Source: Candidatus Iainarchaeum sp. (lineage in GTDB: Archaea; Micrarchaeota; Micrarchaeia; Anstonellales; Bilamarchaeaceae). From it: a stretch of DNA of 64,000 nucleotides. Shown here in pieces: positions 42,019-51,788 of this stretch. The position numbers and the translations under genes are program-made. The notes beneath the pieces were generated by a model. That model worked only from the letters and a program-made list of their open reading frames with translations, searched no databases and had not been told where the DNA came from. The stretch is taken from positions 17,194 to 81,193 of the forward strand of contig JAQUBA010000001.1 of the NCBI GenBank assembly GCA_028686985.1. Direction: 5' to 3'. Position 1 is the first letter of the stretch. Every line of letters starts with the position of its first letter.

Positions 42019-43473
42019 CTAATAGTCCCTTCCAATCCTGCTTCCTTTCAGCCACTCCAGGTCATTCTTATAAAATGTTCTGATGTCGTCCAGCCCTTCC
42101 ATTAGCATCATCGGCCTCTCCAGGCTGAGCCCCCACGCGAGCACAGGATAAACGCCGCAGAGCGGCTTCGTCATCTCCGGCCTGAATATCCCCGCGCCGC
42201 CCAGCTCCATCCACTCGCCCCCCCCGCTGCCCCTGCCTTTCCGCTCAAAGAAGACCTCAATCTCCAAACTCGGCTCGGTGTATGGGAAATAGCTCGGCCT
42301 GAACCTCACCTTCTCAAACCCCAATCTCCTGTAGAACTCCTTCAGCAGCCCGAGCAGGTGCGTGAAGTTCGCGCCGTCCCACGCCACAATCCCCTCCACC
42401 TGGTGGAACTCGGCGAGGTGCTTGAAGTCCGTGGCCTCGTTCCTGAAAACCCTCCCAACGCAGAAATATTTCTTTCCCTTGCCCCCGCCATTCTTCAGCG
42501 CGTCATCCAGTTTTGCAAGGTATCTCGCGCTCACCGCGGTCGTGTGCGTCCTGAGCACGCTCCTCTTCGCCTCCTCCGCGCTCCAGGCGTACTTCCATCC
42601 CTTCTCGTGGCTGCCCTTCACCCTCTCCACCAATTTTTTTTCTGGCAGCCCGGTTTTGCCCTCCATGTAGAACGTGTCCGCCAAATCCCGCGCCGGGTGG
42701 TCCTGCGGCTGGAACAGGGCGTCAAAGTTCCAGAACGAGCTCTCAAGCATGGGCCCCTCCATCTCCTCAAAGCCCATCTCCAGGAATATCCTCCTTATCT
42801 TCTCGGTCATCCTCGTGAGCGGGTGCATCTTCCCAATCGGCTCGTCCGCGGCGGGCGCGACCGCATACGGGCTGAAGGCCGCGCCCTTCCATTTCCCGCC
42901 CGTAATCATCTCGTGCGTCAGCTCGCCGATTTCCTCCTTTATCTCGCCGATGCCACGCGCCACCTCCTCGCCCCTTTTTGTTAGTGAGATGAAGGTGCTC
43001 CTGTGCCCGCTCTGCACGAGCAGCCCCCTCGCCACGAGCGCATCCAACTCGTTCTTCCCGGCCCCCCCCGGGTTCCGCGCCGCCTTCTCCAGCGCGTACT
43101 CCCCGGGCTTCTTCACGGCCTTTATGCTCCCGTTCTCAATCACAATCCACCCATTCTTCTTCGCCCACATTACCCCTATCCGCTTCTCCTCATCGCCCAG
43201 CTCCGCTATGGGCTTCCCGCCCCTGCCCGCCACGCGGACCTCCGGGAACCCCTCCTCCAGGAACCTTTCACACTCCCTGCTCCGCCTATACGCATTCTCT
43301 GCCCGCTCCTCCACCTCCGCGAGCCCCTTCTCCTGCAGCCAGAGCGCAGCCCTCCTGAACGCGTCCCTCTCGCCCGCATCCTGCGAAAGCTCGTCCACAT
43401 TTTTAGTCTTGCCAGCGCCCCGCAGCTTCTTGAGCAAAATCTTCTCCTGCCTGTGCAATATCATAAGAGTCAC
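42019..43473 (-). CDS. pheS: Phenylalanyl-tRNA synthetase alpha subunit
   Basis: Class-II motifs (HPARDLADTFY, FRNEATDFKHLAEFHQVEG, GAGIFRPEM). Start GTG 43473 (GTGA overlap with the upstream gene) or ATG 43464. Confidence 0.9.
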   Translation of the reverse strand: MTLMILHRQEKILLKKLRGAGKTKNVDELSQDAGERDAFRRAALWLQEKGLAEVEERAENAYRRSRECERFLEEGFPEVRVAGRGGKPIAELGDEEKRIGVMWAKKNGWIVIENGSIKAVKKPGEYALEKAARNPGGAGKNELDALVARGLLVQSGHRSTFISLTKRGEEVARGIGEIKEEIGELTHEMITGGKWKGAAFSPYAVAPAADEPIGKMHPLTRMTEKIRRIFLEMGFEEMEGPMLESSFWNFDALFQPQDHPARDLADTFYMEGKTGLPEKKLVERVKGSHEKGWKYAWSAEEAKRSVLRTHTTAVSARYLAKLDDALKNGGGKGKKYFCVGRVFRNEATDFKHLAEFHQVEGIVAWDGANFTHLLGLLKEFYRRLGFEKVRFRPSYFPYTEPSLEIEVFFERKGRGSGGGEWMELGGAGIFRPEMTKPLCGVYPVLAWGLSLERPMMLMEGLDDIRTFYKNDLEWLKGSRIGRDY

Positions 43474-44279
43474 GCCGCCTTCTTCTGCTTGGATTGCAGG
43501 TAGAGGTACGAGCCCGCGAGTATCAGCACCAGCGCGGCCGCAGGAAGCCCCTCCGGCCCGCTCAAAAATTCATAAAGCTTGCTCCTCGCGCCCATGAAGA
43601 AGCCTATCACTTCCTGGTCAAGGCCCTCCTCCTTCTCAAAGACGATGGAGAAGTGCGCCAGCACCTCGTTCTCCCAGCTCAGCTGCTGCCTGCCGTCCCC
43701 GGTCTGCTCCGTGTTGCTGGGCAGGGGATTCACATACGCGACCTTCGCGCCCCTCGGCAGCAGGAAGGAGAGCCGCTCGTCCTCCCCGAGCACCACGTCC
43801 CCCAGCTCGCTTGTCTGGAACTGGAGCGCGCCCTCGTTCAGCGTATACCTCGTGGTGCGCGGCTTGTACTGCTCCACAGTTAGCAGCCCGGTGCCAGGGA
43901 CCGTGCTCCCGTCCGCCCTCAGGTACGGCTCCGCCTCGTATGTCACCGTGAGGTCGCCGTGGCAAAGCTCGGCCAGCGGGTTGCACCTTGAGGTGGGGCT
44001 TGCCCTGACAATCACGTTTTCCACGCTCACCACCCTGTTGTCGAGGTGGGACCTCACCTCGTCCGAGCCCACCAGCCCGCCCCAGGAGCCGATGTCGGTC
44101 TTGACAATGTTTGATTCGTAAAGCGAGATATGGTATGAGCTGGTTATGATGTAATGCAGCTTCTCGGTCACATGTGCGCCCCCCTGCACGTCCACATCTA
44201 CCAGCACGTCCATCGCGGTCAGCGTGAATTCCGCGTATGAGGCCGCAAGCAGCAGGAGGACAAAGAAGGCCTTTCGCAT
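43470..44279 (-). CDS. Secreted protein with a C-terminal TM anchor plus basic tail (269 aa), unknown function
   Basis: Signal peptide MRKAFFVLLLLAASYAEF and C-terminal GLPAAALVLILAGSYLYLQSKQKKAA. Start placed at ATG 44279, about 20 nt after AAATATAATAAAGG. Confidence 0.6.
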   Translation of the reverse strand: MRKAFFVLLLLAASYAEFTLTAMDVLVDVDVQGGAHVTEKLHYIITSSYHISLYESNIVKTDIGSWGGLVGSDEVRSHLDNRVVSVENVIVRASPTSRCNPLAELCHGDLTVTYEAEPYLRADGSTVPGTGLLTVEQYKPRTTRYTLNEGALQFQTSELGDVVLGEDERLSFLLPRGAKVAYVNPLPSNTEQTGDGRQQLSWENEVLAHFSIVFEKEEGLDQEVIGFFMGARSKLYEFLSGPEGLPAAALVLILAGSYLYLQSKQKKAA

Positions 44280-44300
44280 GCGTCCCTTTCTTCCCCAACC

Positions 44301-44310
44301 TTTATTATAT
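44301..44310. promoter_or_regulatory. Shared AT-rich box TTTATTATAT between divergent genes (bidirectional TATA candidate)
   Basis: It lies 21-30 nt from ATG 44331 (plus strand) and 22-31 nt from ATG 44279 (minus strand). Confidence 0.45.
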
Positions 44311-44327
44311 TTGCCGTCTTTATTCCC

Positions 44328-44705
44328 GTGATGCTTCCGCATGAGGAAAGCCTCGGGAAGAGCCTGGAGGGCAAATCCTGGGCAGAGATAGCGGCGCTCG
44401 CCCGCTCGCTCCAGATTAAGCTGGAAAGGGAGGACGACGAGGCGAAGAACCTTGAAGCCCGCCTCCGCGTCATAAAACAATCCCTCATAGAGCACATGGA
44501 GCACCCGGGGATGGACTCACGCACCCAGGGCCTTTACACCTCCCTCTCGGCGCTCATGGATTCCATGGAGGAGGAGCTCATGAAGCACGACATAGAGCGC
44601 CACGAGTTCGTGGAATTCCTGCGCGCGCTCCTGTCCAAGCTGAAGACCGACAAGATGAAATCCGGAATCCCGCGGAAGGCGGCATTCACCCGCCACAAGA
44701 AGTGA
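44328..44705 (+). CDS. Hypothetical coiled-coil protein (125 aa)
   Basis: A helical, charged ORF. Start GTG 44328 or ATG 44331. No motif recognised. Confidence 0.45.
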   Translation: MMLPHEESLGKSLEGKSWAEIAALARSLQIKLEREDDEAKNLEARLRVIKQSLIEHMEHPGMDSRTQGLYTSLSALMDSMEEELMKHDIERHEFVEFLRALLSKLKTDKMKSGIPRKAAFTRHKK

Positions 44706-44711
44706 CCCCCC

Positions 44712-45422
44712 ATGATTCTATACGAAAAACCGTTCAGACTAGAGCTTCTTGGCCGCACCCTCATCAAGGACGGCGAGGAATGGCCCTTCACCGCCAGGAA
44801 GGTTTCCGAATTGAAGGAGGTGATGATGGAGCCGCACCTGATGGGCCCGGACGGAATAGCATACTATATGTTCCGCGGCGTCCACCAGTGGGAGAACCTC
44901 CGCTACGACATCACCCTCATAGAGCCCCGCTTCTACGGGGACGAGTACGCAAAAACCCTGGGCCATTACCACCCGCCCTCCAAGGCAAGCCAGGCATATC
45001 CCGAAGTTTACCAGGTTTTGAAGGGGAAGGCATCCTTCGTGCTCCAGCGCAAGCACAAGGACGAGAGCGTGGACTGCATCATGGTGGAGGCGAACGAGAA
45101 GGAGTCTTTCATCGTTCCCCCGGGTTACGGCCACGTATCCTACAACACCGGCGATTCCCCGCTCGTGCTCGCCAACATAGTTGCCGGCTTTGATTCCCGC
45201 TACGACGAATACCTGGAGAACCACGGCCCGGCCTTCTTCTGCACGCGCTTCGGCTACAAGCAGAACACCTATTACATCATAAAGGGGCAGGAGAAGCTCT
45301 CCCCCCGCCAGATAAACAAGAGGTACGGCGTGATCCTGGGCGATTTGCTGGGGATGTTCTACAACAAGCCGCAGAAGTTTGACTTCCTATCAGACCCCAC
45401 AAAACTCACTCCGGTCCTATAG
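44712..45422 (+). CDS. pgiA: Cupin-type glucose-6-phosphate isomerase
   Basis: The cupin motifs TLGHYHPPSKASQAYPEVYQVLKGKA and PPGYGHVSYN match the archaeal cPGI signature (TxGHxH...E.Y; PPxxxH). Confidence 0.7.
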   Translation: MILYEKPFRLELLGRTLIKDGEEWPFTARKVSELKEVMMEPHLMGPDGIAYYMFRGVHQWENLRYDITLIEPRFYGDEYAKTLGHYHPPSKASQAYPEVYQVLKGKASFVLQRKHKDESVDCIMVEANEKESFIVPPGYGHVSYNTGDSPLVLANIVAGFDSRYDEYLENHGPAFFCTRFGYKQNTYYIIKGQEKLSPRQINKRYGVILGDLLGMFYNKPQKFDFLSDPTKLTPVL

Positions 45423-48059
45423 CTTCCCGGAAACAATCCTCTCGTTCCCGCCGCCCTTCGCGCCCTTCTTCTTCAATTCCTCAAACAGCTGAAGCGCATT
45501 CCTCTTCGCCCCCTTCCCGGCCGCGCAAACGAAATTCCCCTGGGAATTGGTAAGGACAACCATTGCGCCCCCGCTCTCCGAAACCAACGCACCTATTTTC
45601 GCGAGCACCTTCGCATCCTCTTCTATTCTCTCCCCCACCACGCCTTCCTTCGCGCTCCTCTCCGCAATCTCCTCGGCCCGCGCGGAAATGAACTCCCCCT
45701 TCAATTTCTCTATTTCCTTGCGCTGCGCCTTCCATTCCTCGAAGAACCTCTCCATCGCGGAGGGGAGCTGGTGCTCGGAGACGCTCACCACCCCAGCCGC
45801 TTTTTTGAGCAGCGCCTCGCGCTCCTGCGCATATCTCACCGCGGCCTCGCCCACCTTGTAATATATCCTCTCCACGCCGTCCTGCACGCTCTCCCTTTTC
45901 ACAATCCTGAAATATCCCAGCTCGCCGGTGGTGGAATTCATCTGGTGCGTCCCCCCGCACGCCTCCGCGTCAATGAGCTTCGCCCCCTCCCCGATCTTCA
46001 CGACGCGCAATTCCTTCCCAGGGACCGCCCCCCCCTGGTATAATGAAAATCCATATTTCTGCTCTGCAACGGTCCGCGGCAGCACTTCCACTTCTATTTT
46101 CAAATCCTCCATGATGTACCCGTTCACTTTCGCCTCAATCTCGTTCAACTGCCCGTCCGTAATCCTCTTGTAATGAGTGACGTCCAGGTGCGCCTCCTCC
46201 TCCTTTTTGCCGCTGCCGCCCTGCCAGATGTGCGTTCCCAGGATTTCCCTGCACGCCGCGTTCAAAAGGTGCGCGGCGGTATGATGCTTTGAAACCCCCT
46301 TCCTCCTCCCAACATTTGCCTTGCCTTCCACAGAAGCCCCCTCCCTGAATTTGCCTGCGTCTTCAACATGATGCAGCACCACGCCCGCCTGTTTAGCAGT
46401 ATTCGTTACCTTCACTCCGCCCAGCTCGCCGTTGTCCCCGACCTGCCCCCCTCCTTCCGGGTAGAATGCACTCTTGTCCAGCACCACAAATTTTCCTATT
46501 ATCCGCAAAACCTTTGCCTTGAACGTCCCGTTCGTGGAATACCAGAGCCCCTCTGTTTTCGGTATCCCCTCCACATCTATTTTCTTCTCCCCGCCCCCTT
46601 CCTTGTCCACGTCCTCCTCTTTCCCGCGCACCTTGTCGTAGAAGTTCATCGGAACCTTCACTTCCACGCCCTTCGCCTTCGCAATCTCCGCCACCATTTC
46701 CGGAGGAACCCCATGGCTCTCATAGAGCACGACCAGCTCCTTTTCCCCGATGCCCCGCCCAAGCATGTTCGTGACCTTCCCGGCAGCCCCGTCTTTCGTC
46801 GCCTTATATTTCCTCTTCTCCTCCGCAATCACGTTAGAAGTGCTCTCCACCCCGTCCGCCAGTTCCGGGAATATTCCCTTCAATTCCTTCGCATGCCCCT
46901 CCAATATCTCCGCATAATCCACGTCCCAGCCGAACTCCTCGGCAATCCCGAACGTGCGCCTCAAAACCATGCGCAGGTTGTACCCGCCCCCAGCATTTGA
47001 TGGGAGCATCCCATCCTTCACCGTAAATAGAAGAGTAAGCAAATGGTCAAGGGATGCATACAATCCCTGCAGCGGCGCAAGCGCCTTCTCAAAGCCAGGA
47101 TACCCAATCTCCTGCTCAATCCTGCGCACCTCTGCCTCCGGGTCCGCGACCTCGTCCACATCCAGCCCGCCAACCCTCTTGGCGAATTCCAGATATTTCT
47201 TCTCATCCACCTTTATGCCGAATTTCTTCTTATATTTCGGCACCATCTTCCCGAACACCACTGAATAGGAGTCCGGGGTCCCGTGCGTAATCCAGCACAG
47301 CCGCGAAAGCCCGGCCCCCATATCAATCGTCTTCGTGCTCAATTCCCTGCTGCCCCCATCGGGCAAAACCTCATACTGCATGAACACGCAGTTCCCCAGC
47401 TCCAGCCCCCCGGAGAAATACTCTATGCACGGGCCGTAGTTGCCGCCGCCCATCCAAACATCCTCCTGGAAGACCAGATCCTCCGGCTGCACCCCCAGCC
47501 TTTTCAAATATTCTATATCGTGCCTCAGCGCCTCATCTTTCCAATAGAATAACCCCGTCTTCTTCGTATTGAAGGCGTGCTGCCCCACCATCACGAAATT
47601 CGTATAATGCCTTCCTGTAACCCCCACATTTGCAATATCCGGAAACCTTATGCACACCTGCGGGATTATGAGCGGATTTGCCGGCGCCTCCAGCTCCCCA
47701 TTAACCACATACGGCTGGAACCCGTTAATTGATGCAATCGTAAAATACAAATCATCCCTCCACCTTGCGACAGACGGATAGGATTTTATGCTCCCGTGCC
47801 CGTGCTCCACGAAATACTTCTCTATGGTTTTCCATGTGTCCACATACGAGAGCTTCCTGTTGCTGGGCGCGTTCCCTATGAACGTGTATCCGGTGCAGGA
47901 CGCGTCCCCGCAAAGCTCCCTCTCTTCTATGCTCCAGAAGTTCTTGCCGCACTTCGCGCACTTGCCGCGCCTGAAGCCGCGCTCCTCCAGCGCCTTCGTC
48001 TTGTAATGCTTCTCCCATTCCTTGGAGAACTGCGCGCGGAGCTCATCCTTGCTAAGCAT
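45417..48059 (-). CDS. alaS: Alanyl-tRNA synthetase (archaeal type)
   Basis: 880 aa. An N-terminal class-II core, the editing-domain HTAAHLL / CGGTH motifs and a C-terminal DHHA1-like domain. Its 3' end overlaps pgiA by 6 nt. Confidence 0.95.
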   Translation of the reverse strand: MLSKDELRAQFSKEWEKHYKTKALEERGFRRGKCAKCGKNFWSIEERELCGDASCTGYTFIGNAPSNRKLSYVDTWKTIEKYFVEHGHGSIKSYPSVARWRDDLYFTIASINGFQPYVVNGELEAPANPLIIPQVCIRFPDIANVGVTGRHYTNFVMVGQHAFNTKKTGLFYWKDEALRHDIEYLKRLGVQPEDLVFQEDVWMGGGNYGPCIEYFSGGLELGNCVFMQYEVLPDGGSRELSTKTIDMGAGLSRLCWITHGTPDSYSVVFGKMVPKYKKKFGIKVDEKKYLEFAKRVGGLDVDEVADPEAEVRRIEQEIGYPGFEKALAPLQGLYASLDHLLTLLFTVKDGMLPSNAGGGYNLRMVLRRTFGIAEEFGWDVDYAEILEGHAKELKGIFPELADGVESTSNVIAEEKRKYKATKDGAAGKVTNMLGRGIGEKELVVLYESHGVPPEMVAEIAKAKGVEVKVPMNFYDKVRGKEEDVDKEGGGEKKIDVEGIPKTEGLWYSTNGTFKAKVLRIIGKFVVLDKSAFYPEGGGQVGDNGELGGVKVTNTAKQAGVVLHHVEDAGKFREGASVEGKANVGRRKGVSKHHTAAHLLNAACREILGTHIWQGGSGKKEEEAHLDVTHYKRITDGQLNEIEAKVNGYIMEDLKIEVEVLPRTVAEQKYGFSLYQGGAVPGKELRVVKIGEGAKLIDAEACGGTHQMNSTTGELGYFRIVKRESVQDGVERIYYKVGEAAVRYAQEREALLKKAAGVVSVSEHQLPSAMERFFEEWKAQRKEIEKLKGEFISARAEEIAERSAKEGVVGERIEEDAKVLAKIGALVSESGGAMVVLTNSQGNFVCAAGKGAKRNALQLFEELKKKGAKGGGNERIVSGKL

Positions 48060-48101
48060 GCTCCTGAAATTATAGAATAAGGTATTTTAACCCACTTCCC
48101 G

Positions 48102-49001
48102 TCACGAATAAATCTTGACCAGCCGCCCAATCCCCTCTTCCAGCGAAACCTGCGCCTCAAACCCTACCTTCTCCTTCGCCTTGCTGGTGTCCGCCTGGGT
48201 GAAATCCACATAATTCTTGATTGGATTCGCCACATATTTTGGCTTTATGTCCTTCCCAAGCGCCTTGTTCAGCATCCCCACCATATCGTTGATGGTATAT
48301 GTCTTCCCTGTCCCCACGTTCAATGCCTCAAACCCCTTGACCTTCTGCGAAGCCAGCAGGTTCGCCCTCACCACATCCTCCACATAGGTCAAATCCCTCG
48401 TCTGGCTCCCGTCCCCGTAAATCACGGGCGCCTCATCCTTCTGCATGGCCCAGAGGAACTGCGAAACAAGGTTCGCGTACTGCTTCTTCGCCTTCTCCCC
48501 AGGCCCATAAACACTAAAGTACCGAAGCCCGGCAATCCTCATCCCGTACAATTTCACGTACAGCGTGGAAATCCTCTCCATGTACAATCTCGTCTCGGAG
48601 TAAAGGTCCATCGGCTTTATCTCCGCATCCTCCCTTTGCGGCGGCTTCACTCCGTTATACACGGAGGAGGTGGAAGCAAACACGAGCGGGCAGTCGTTCT
48701 TCCTGCAGAAGTCCAGCATTTTCAAAAAGTCGTCCAGCGCCTTCGCCAATCTTGCGGGGTCCTCCTTGTACATGGGCGCCGAGGAATAAATCCCCTGGTG
48801 GAACACCGCCTCCATCTTGGGCAGCTGCAATTCCGAAACCTTCCCGCTCACGCCTTCGGTCACAACCGCGCCCTCCGGCTTATTTTCATACGAGCCGGTG
48901 TGCAGGTTGTCAATTATCCAAACCCTGTTCCCGTCCGCAATCAGCTTCTTCGCTATGTTTGAGCCGATGAACCCTAGCCCGCCAGTCACAAGACAGTTCA
49001 T
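48102..49001 (-). CDS. NAD-dependent sugar epimerase/dehydratase (SDR)
   Basis: VTGGLGFIGSN Rossmann motif and YSETRLYME (YxxxR/K region). Confidence 0.75.
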   Translation of the reverse strand: MNCLVTGGLGFIGSNIAKKLIADGNRVWIIDNLHTGSYENKPEGAVVTEGVSGKVSELQLPKMEAVFHQGIYSSAPMYKEDPARLAKALDDFLKMLDFCRKNDCPLVFASTSSVYNGVKPPQREDAEIKPMDLYSETRLYMERISTLYVKLYGMRIAGLRYFSVYGPGEKAKKQYANLVSQFLWAMQKDEAPVIYGDGSQTRDLTYVEDVVRANLLASQKVKGFEALNVGTGKTYTINDMVGMLNKALGKDIKPKYVANPIKNYVDFTQADTSKAKEKVGFEAQVSLEEGIGRLVKIYS

Positions 49002-49013
49002 GCAAATCCCATG

Positions 49014-50822
49014 TCATTTCCGCTCGTATATTAAAAATATGTTCTGCCCGCCCACCTGCACCGCCTTCACAGGGCGGAACTCCTGCATGAGCACCGGGCT
49101 TATGGGCCCGCCCCCCTCCATGTAAGGAAGCGCGACAATCAGGTCATAAAGCGGCACGTTTGTGGGAGGCGCCGGGTCCATGCTCATCGTCACGGATATG
49201 TACGACACCCCGTTCGCATCCCAATAAGCCCTGTTCGTGGGATTGTCAGGCACGTCCAGCGGGTCAAAGAAGCCCAGCAGCTCCCCCTCCTCGGATACCC
49301 GGAACTCGTTGCTTACCCAGTTGTACGTCACAAGCAGGTATTTCACGCCATACTTGTCCAGCAGTTCCTTGGTCTTCGCCGCATTCGTCCCGTACACCAT
49401 CACCGCCTGGTCCGCCATGCGCGCATGCATGTCCGTGTACGGGCTGGAGTGCGCCCTCCTGTAGGAAACCACCTTCCTTCCAGTGAGCGCGTTCATCATG
49501 AACCCATCTTCATTTGTGGTAAGGAAAACATCATTCACGTTTGTATTCTCCTTTATCCATCCCCCAAGCTCCGCATAGTACCCCGGCAGGGGCCCCGCCT
49601 TCGCCATAATGCTCCACTGGCCGGCGCCCTTTGACGCGATTATGTCGCCCACAGCCATCCCAGCCAGCAGGATGCATGAAGCCATAACCGCCACCTGCAC
49701 TTTCCCGTCCTTCAGCATGCCCAGCAGGTTGACCAGCCCCACCGCAACCAGCAGCGCCGCGGAGAGTGTCGCCACCCTTCCGTACATCATCGTGCTCATC
49801 AGCTGCGTATTCAGCAGCGGTTCGGTGATTGCAGGGTGCAGAATCCCTATGACCGCAGCCACGAACACCACGAGCACGATTCCATATTTCCCGGGGTCCT
49901 TGGCCATGAAATAAATCCCCGCCACGTTCAGCGCCGAGAGCGCGATTCCGGGGGAGCCCAGCCCGAACGGAAGCAACAGCTCCTTTAGCAGGCTGTACGA
50001 CATGTCAATGAAAACTGAAAGCCTCGTCACGTCGGGGTAGGTGATGTTCTGGATGTCGTTCGGCGTGTATCCATGGAAAACGAATATCGGCCTGAACCAG
50101 AACAGGAGTGAAATCGCAAACCCCACCAGGAAAAGTACGGCCAGCACCTTCAGCAGTTCCTTCTCCGCCTTCAGGGTGTCCAGCTTCCACCCGTTCTCCT
50201 TGAATTTCGGATAAAGCATATGGATTGCGGCAAGCCCCAGAAGGATTATGCCGACGAAGAACGCCTGGGTGTTGCTCAGCGCCATGAGCCCCATGAGCAC
50301 GCCTGCAATCGCCGCGCTTTTCAGGTCCCTCTTTTCCATGAACAAATAGAGCCCAAGCGCGAACGCGGGCACGGTCAGCACGTTCGCGAAATCCGAATAC
50401 TTGAATATCGGGAAGTCGCGCAGGAACAATATGGCCGCTATTATCCCGGCATACCTGTTCCCCGAAACCTTGCCCACGAACACGTATGCGACTATGAGCG
50501 AAAGCACCTGCACCACCAGTGAGAAATAGATGAGCGCGTGCTCCGTGTCCAGCCCGCTTGCCCATGAGAATCCCGCTATTGAAAGATGGTAAAGCCACGG
50601 CACCCAGGGCGCCTCCCCGGCCATCTGCGCGCTGTCCAGCACGTTGCCTCCGCTGGCTATGTGGTTCACTCCCCCCAGCCCGTTGTAATAATCCCCGCCG
50701 TAAAGGGGGCTGGGAAGCTGCTGCAGCTGGCCAAGGTAATCGTTCTGCATGACCAGGCTTGCAATCAGTACGAGTGCAAAGACAAAATCCGCATTCCCAA
50801 CCTCTTTTCCCAGGATTTTCAT
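49014..50822 (-). CDS. Polytopic membrane protein (602 aa), GT-C-like putative glycosyltransferase
   Basis: About 12-13 TM helices followed by a ~170-aa soluble C-terminal domain, embedded in the glycan operon. No WWDYG (AglB/STT3) motif was seen. Confidence 0.45.
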   Translation of the reverse strand: MKILGKEVGNADFVFALVLIASLVMQNDYLGQLQQLPSPLYGGDYYNGLGGVNHIASGGNVLDSAQMAGEAPWVPWLYHLSIAGFSWASGLDTEHALIYFSLVVQVLSLIVAYVFVGKVSGNRYAGIIAAILFLRDFPIFKYSDFANVLTVPAFALGLYLFMEKRDLKSAAIAGVLMGLMALSNTQAFFVGIILLGLAAIHMLYPKFKENGWKLDTLKAEKELLKVLAVLFLVGFAISLLFWFRPIFVFHGYTPNDIQNITYPDVTRLSVFIDMSYSLLKELLLPFGLGSPGIALSALNVAGIYFMAKDPGKYGIVLVVFVAAVIGILHPAITEPLLNTQLMSTMMYGRVATLSAALLVAVGLVNLLGMLKDGKVQVAVMASCILLAGMAVGDIIASKGAGQWSIMAKAGPLPGYYAELGGWIKENTNVNDVFLTTNEDGFMMNALTGRKVVSYRRAHSSPYTDMHARMADQAVMVYGTNAAKTKELLDKYGVKYLLVTYNWVSNEFRVSEEGELLGFFDPLDVPDNPTNRAYWDANGVSYISVTMSMDPAPPTNVPLYDLIVALPYMEGGGPISPVLMQEFRPVKAVQVGGQNIFLIYERK

Positions 50823-51787
50823 TCACTTCCCCGATTCGCCTTTATCCACGCGAAGGTCTTCTCCAGCCCATCCTCCATCTCCACCTTCGCCTTCCACCCG
50901 AGCGCCTCAATTTTATCCGTGCTGGGCACCCTCTTCTTCACGTCGTCCTTGAAAACCGGCAGGTGCTTTGTCTGGAGGGGCCTTCCGTCCCCGCACATCT
51001 TCCAAATCTTCTGCGCCAGTTCCATCACGGTATAAGCCCTTGGGTTCGCCACATTGTAGTCGTTGTTGTCCGTCCTCGCGTCAAACGCGAGCGTCCCTAT
51101 GGCATCCGCCAAATCCTCCACATATGTATAGGCCCTCACCTGGCTCCCGTCCCCAAGCAGTTCCAGCGGGTACTGCTTGTCATAATATATCTTCTTTATA
51201 AGGTCCGGAATCACGTGCGCAATCCCCACTTCGTTTTCGGGCACCTCCCCGGGCCCGTATGCGTTGAACGGCCTGAAGATGGTGTATTTCATCCCGTACT
51301 GCTCCATGAACGCGGTGCAGTAGTATTCCCCAATCAATTTGGAAAACCCGTAATGCGTAATGGGGGGAGGAGAGGTGAATATGTCCTCCTCTTTTGATGG
51401 GAAGCTGTTCGTCCTCTCAAATACCATGGAGGATGAGAGGTAAATCATCTTCTTGAAGCCCTTGCTCTTCCTCGCGGAGTCCAGCAGGTTGGAAAACATC
51501 AGCGTATTGTCCCGGATGATTTCCGCGGGATACTTGTGGAAGTACCCGATTCCGCCAATCTTCGCCGCGAAATGGAAGCAATACTCAAAATCCGCCAGCA
51601 AATCCGCCGTTGCCGCTGCATCGCACAAATCAATCCTTGCCAGTTCCACCTTGCCCAAGTCTATATTCTTCACTTGCCCCTTGCTCAGGTTGTCAGCCAC
51701 CGTAACGTCGTGCCCGTCCAGCACAAGCTTCGCGACAACCCTGCTCCCTATGAACCCCGCTCCTCCCGTAACAAGAACCTTAGCCAT
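50819..51787 (-). CDS. NAD-dependent sugar epimerase/dehydratase (SDR)
   Basis: VTGGAGFIGSR and YGFSKLIGE (YxxxK). ATGA overlap with the downstream gene. Confidence 0.8.
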   Translation of the reverse strand: MAKVLVTGGAGFIGSRVVAKLVLDGHDVTVADNLSKGQVKNIDLGKVELARIDLCDAAATADLLADFEYCFHFAAKIGGIGYFHKYPAEIIRDNTLMFSNLLDSARKSKGFKKMIYLSSSMVFERTNSFPSKEEDIFTSPPPITHYGFSKLIGEYYCTAFMEQYGMKYTIFRPFNAYGPGEVPENEVGIAHVIPDLIKKIYYDKQYPLELLGDGSQVRAYTYVEDLADAIGTLAFDARTDNNDYNVANPRAYTVMELAQKIWKMCGDGRPLQTKHLPVFKDDVKKRVPSTDKIEALGWKAKVEMEDGLEKTFAWIKANRGSE

Positions 51788-51788
51788 C

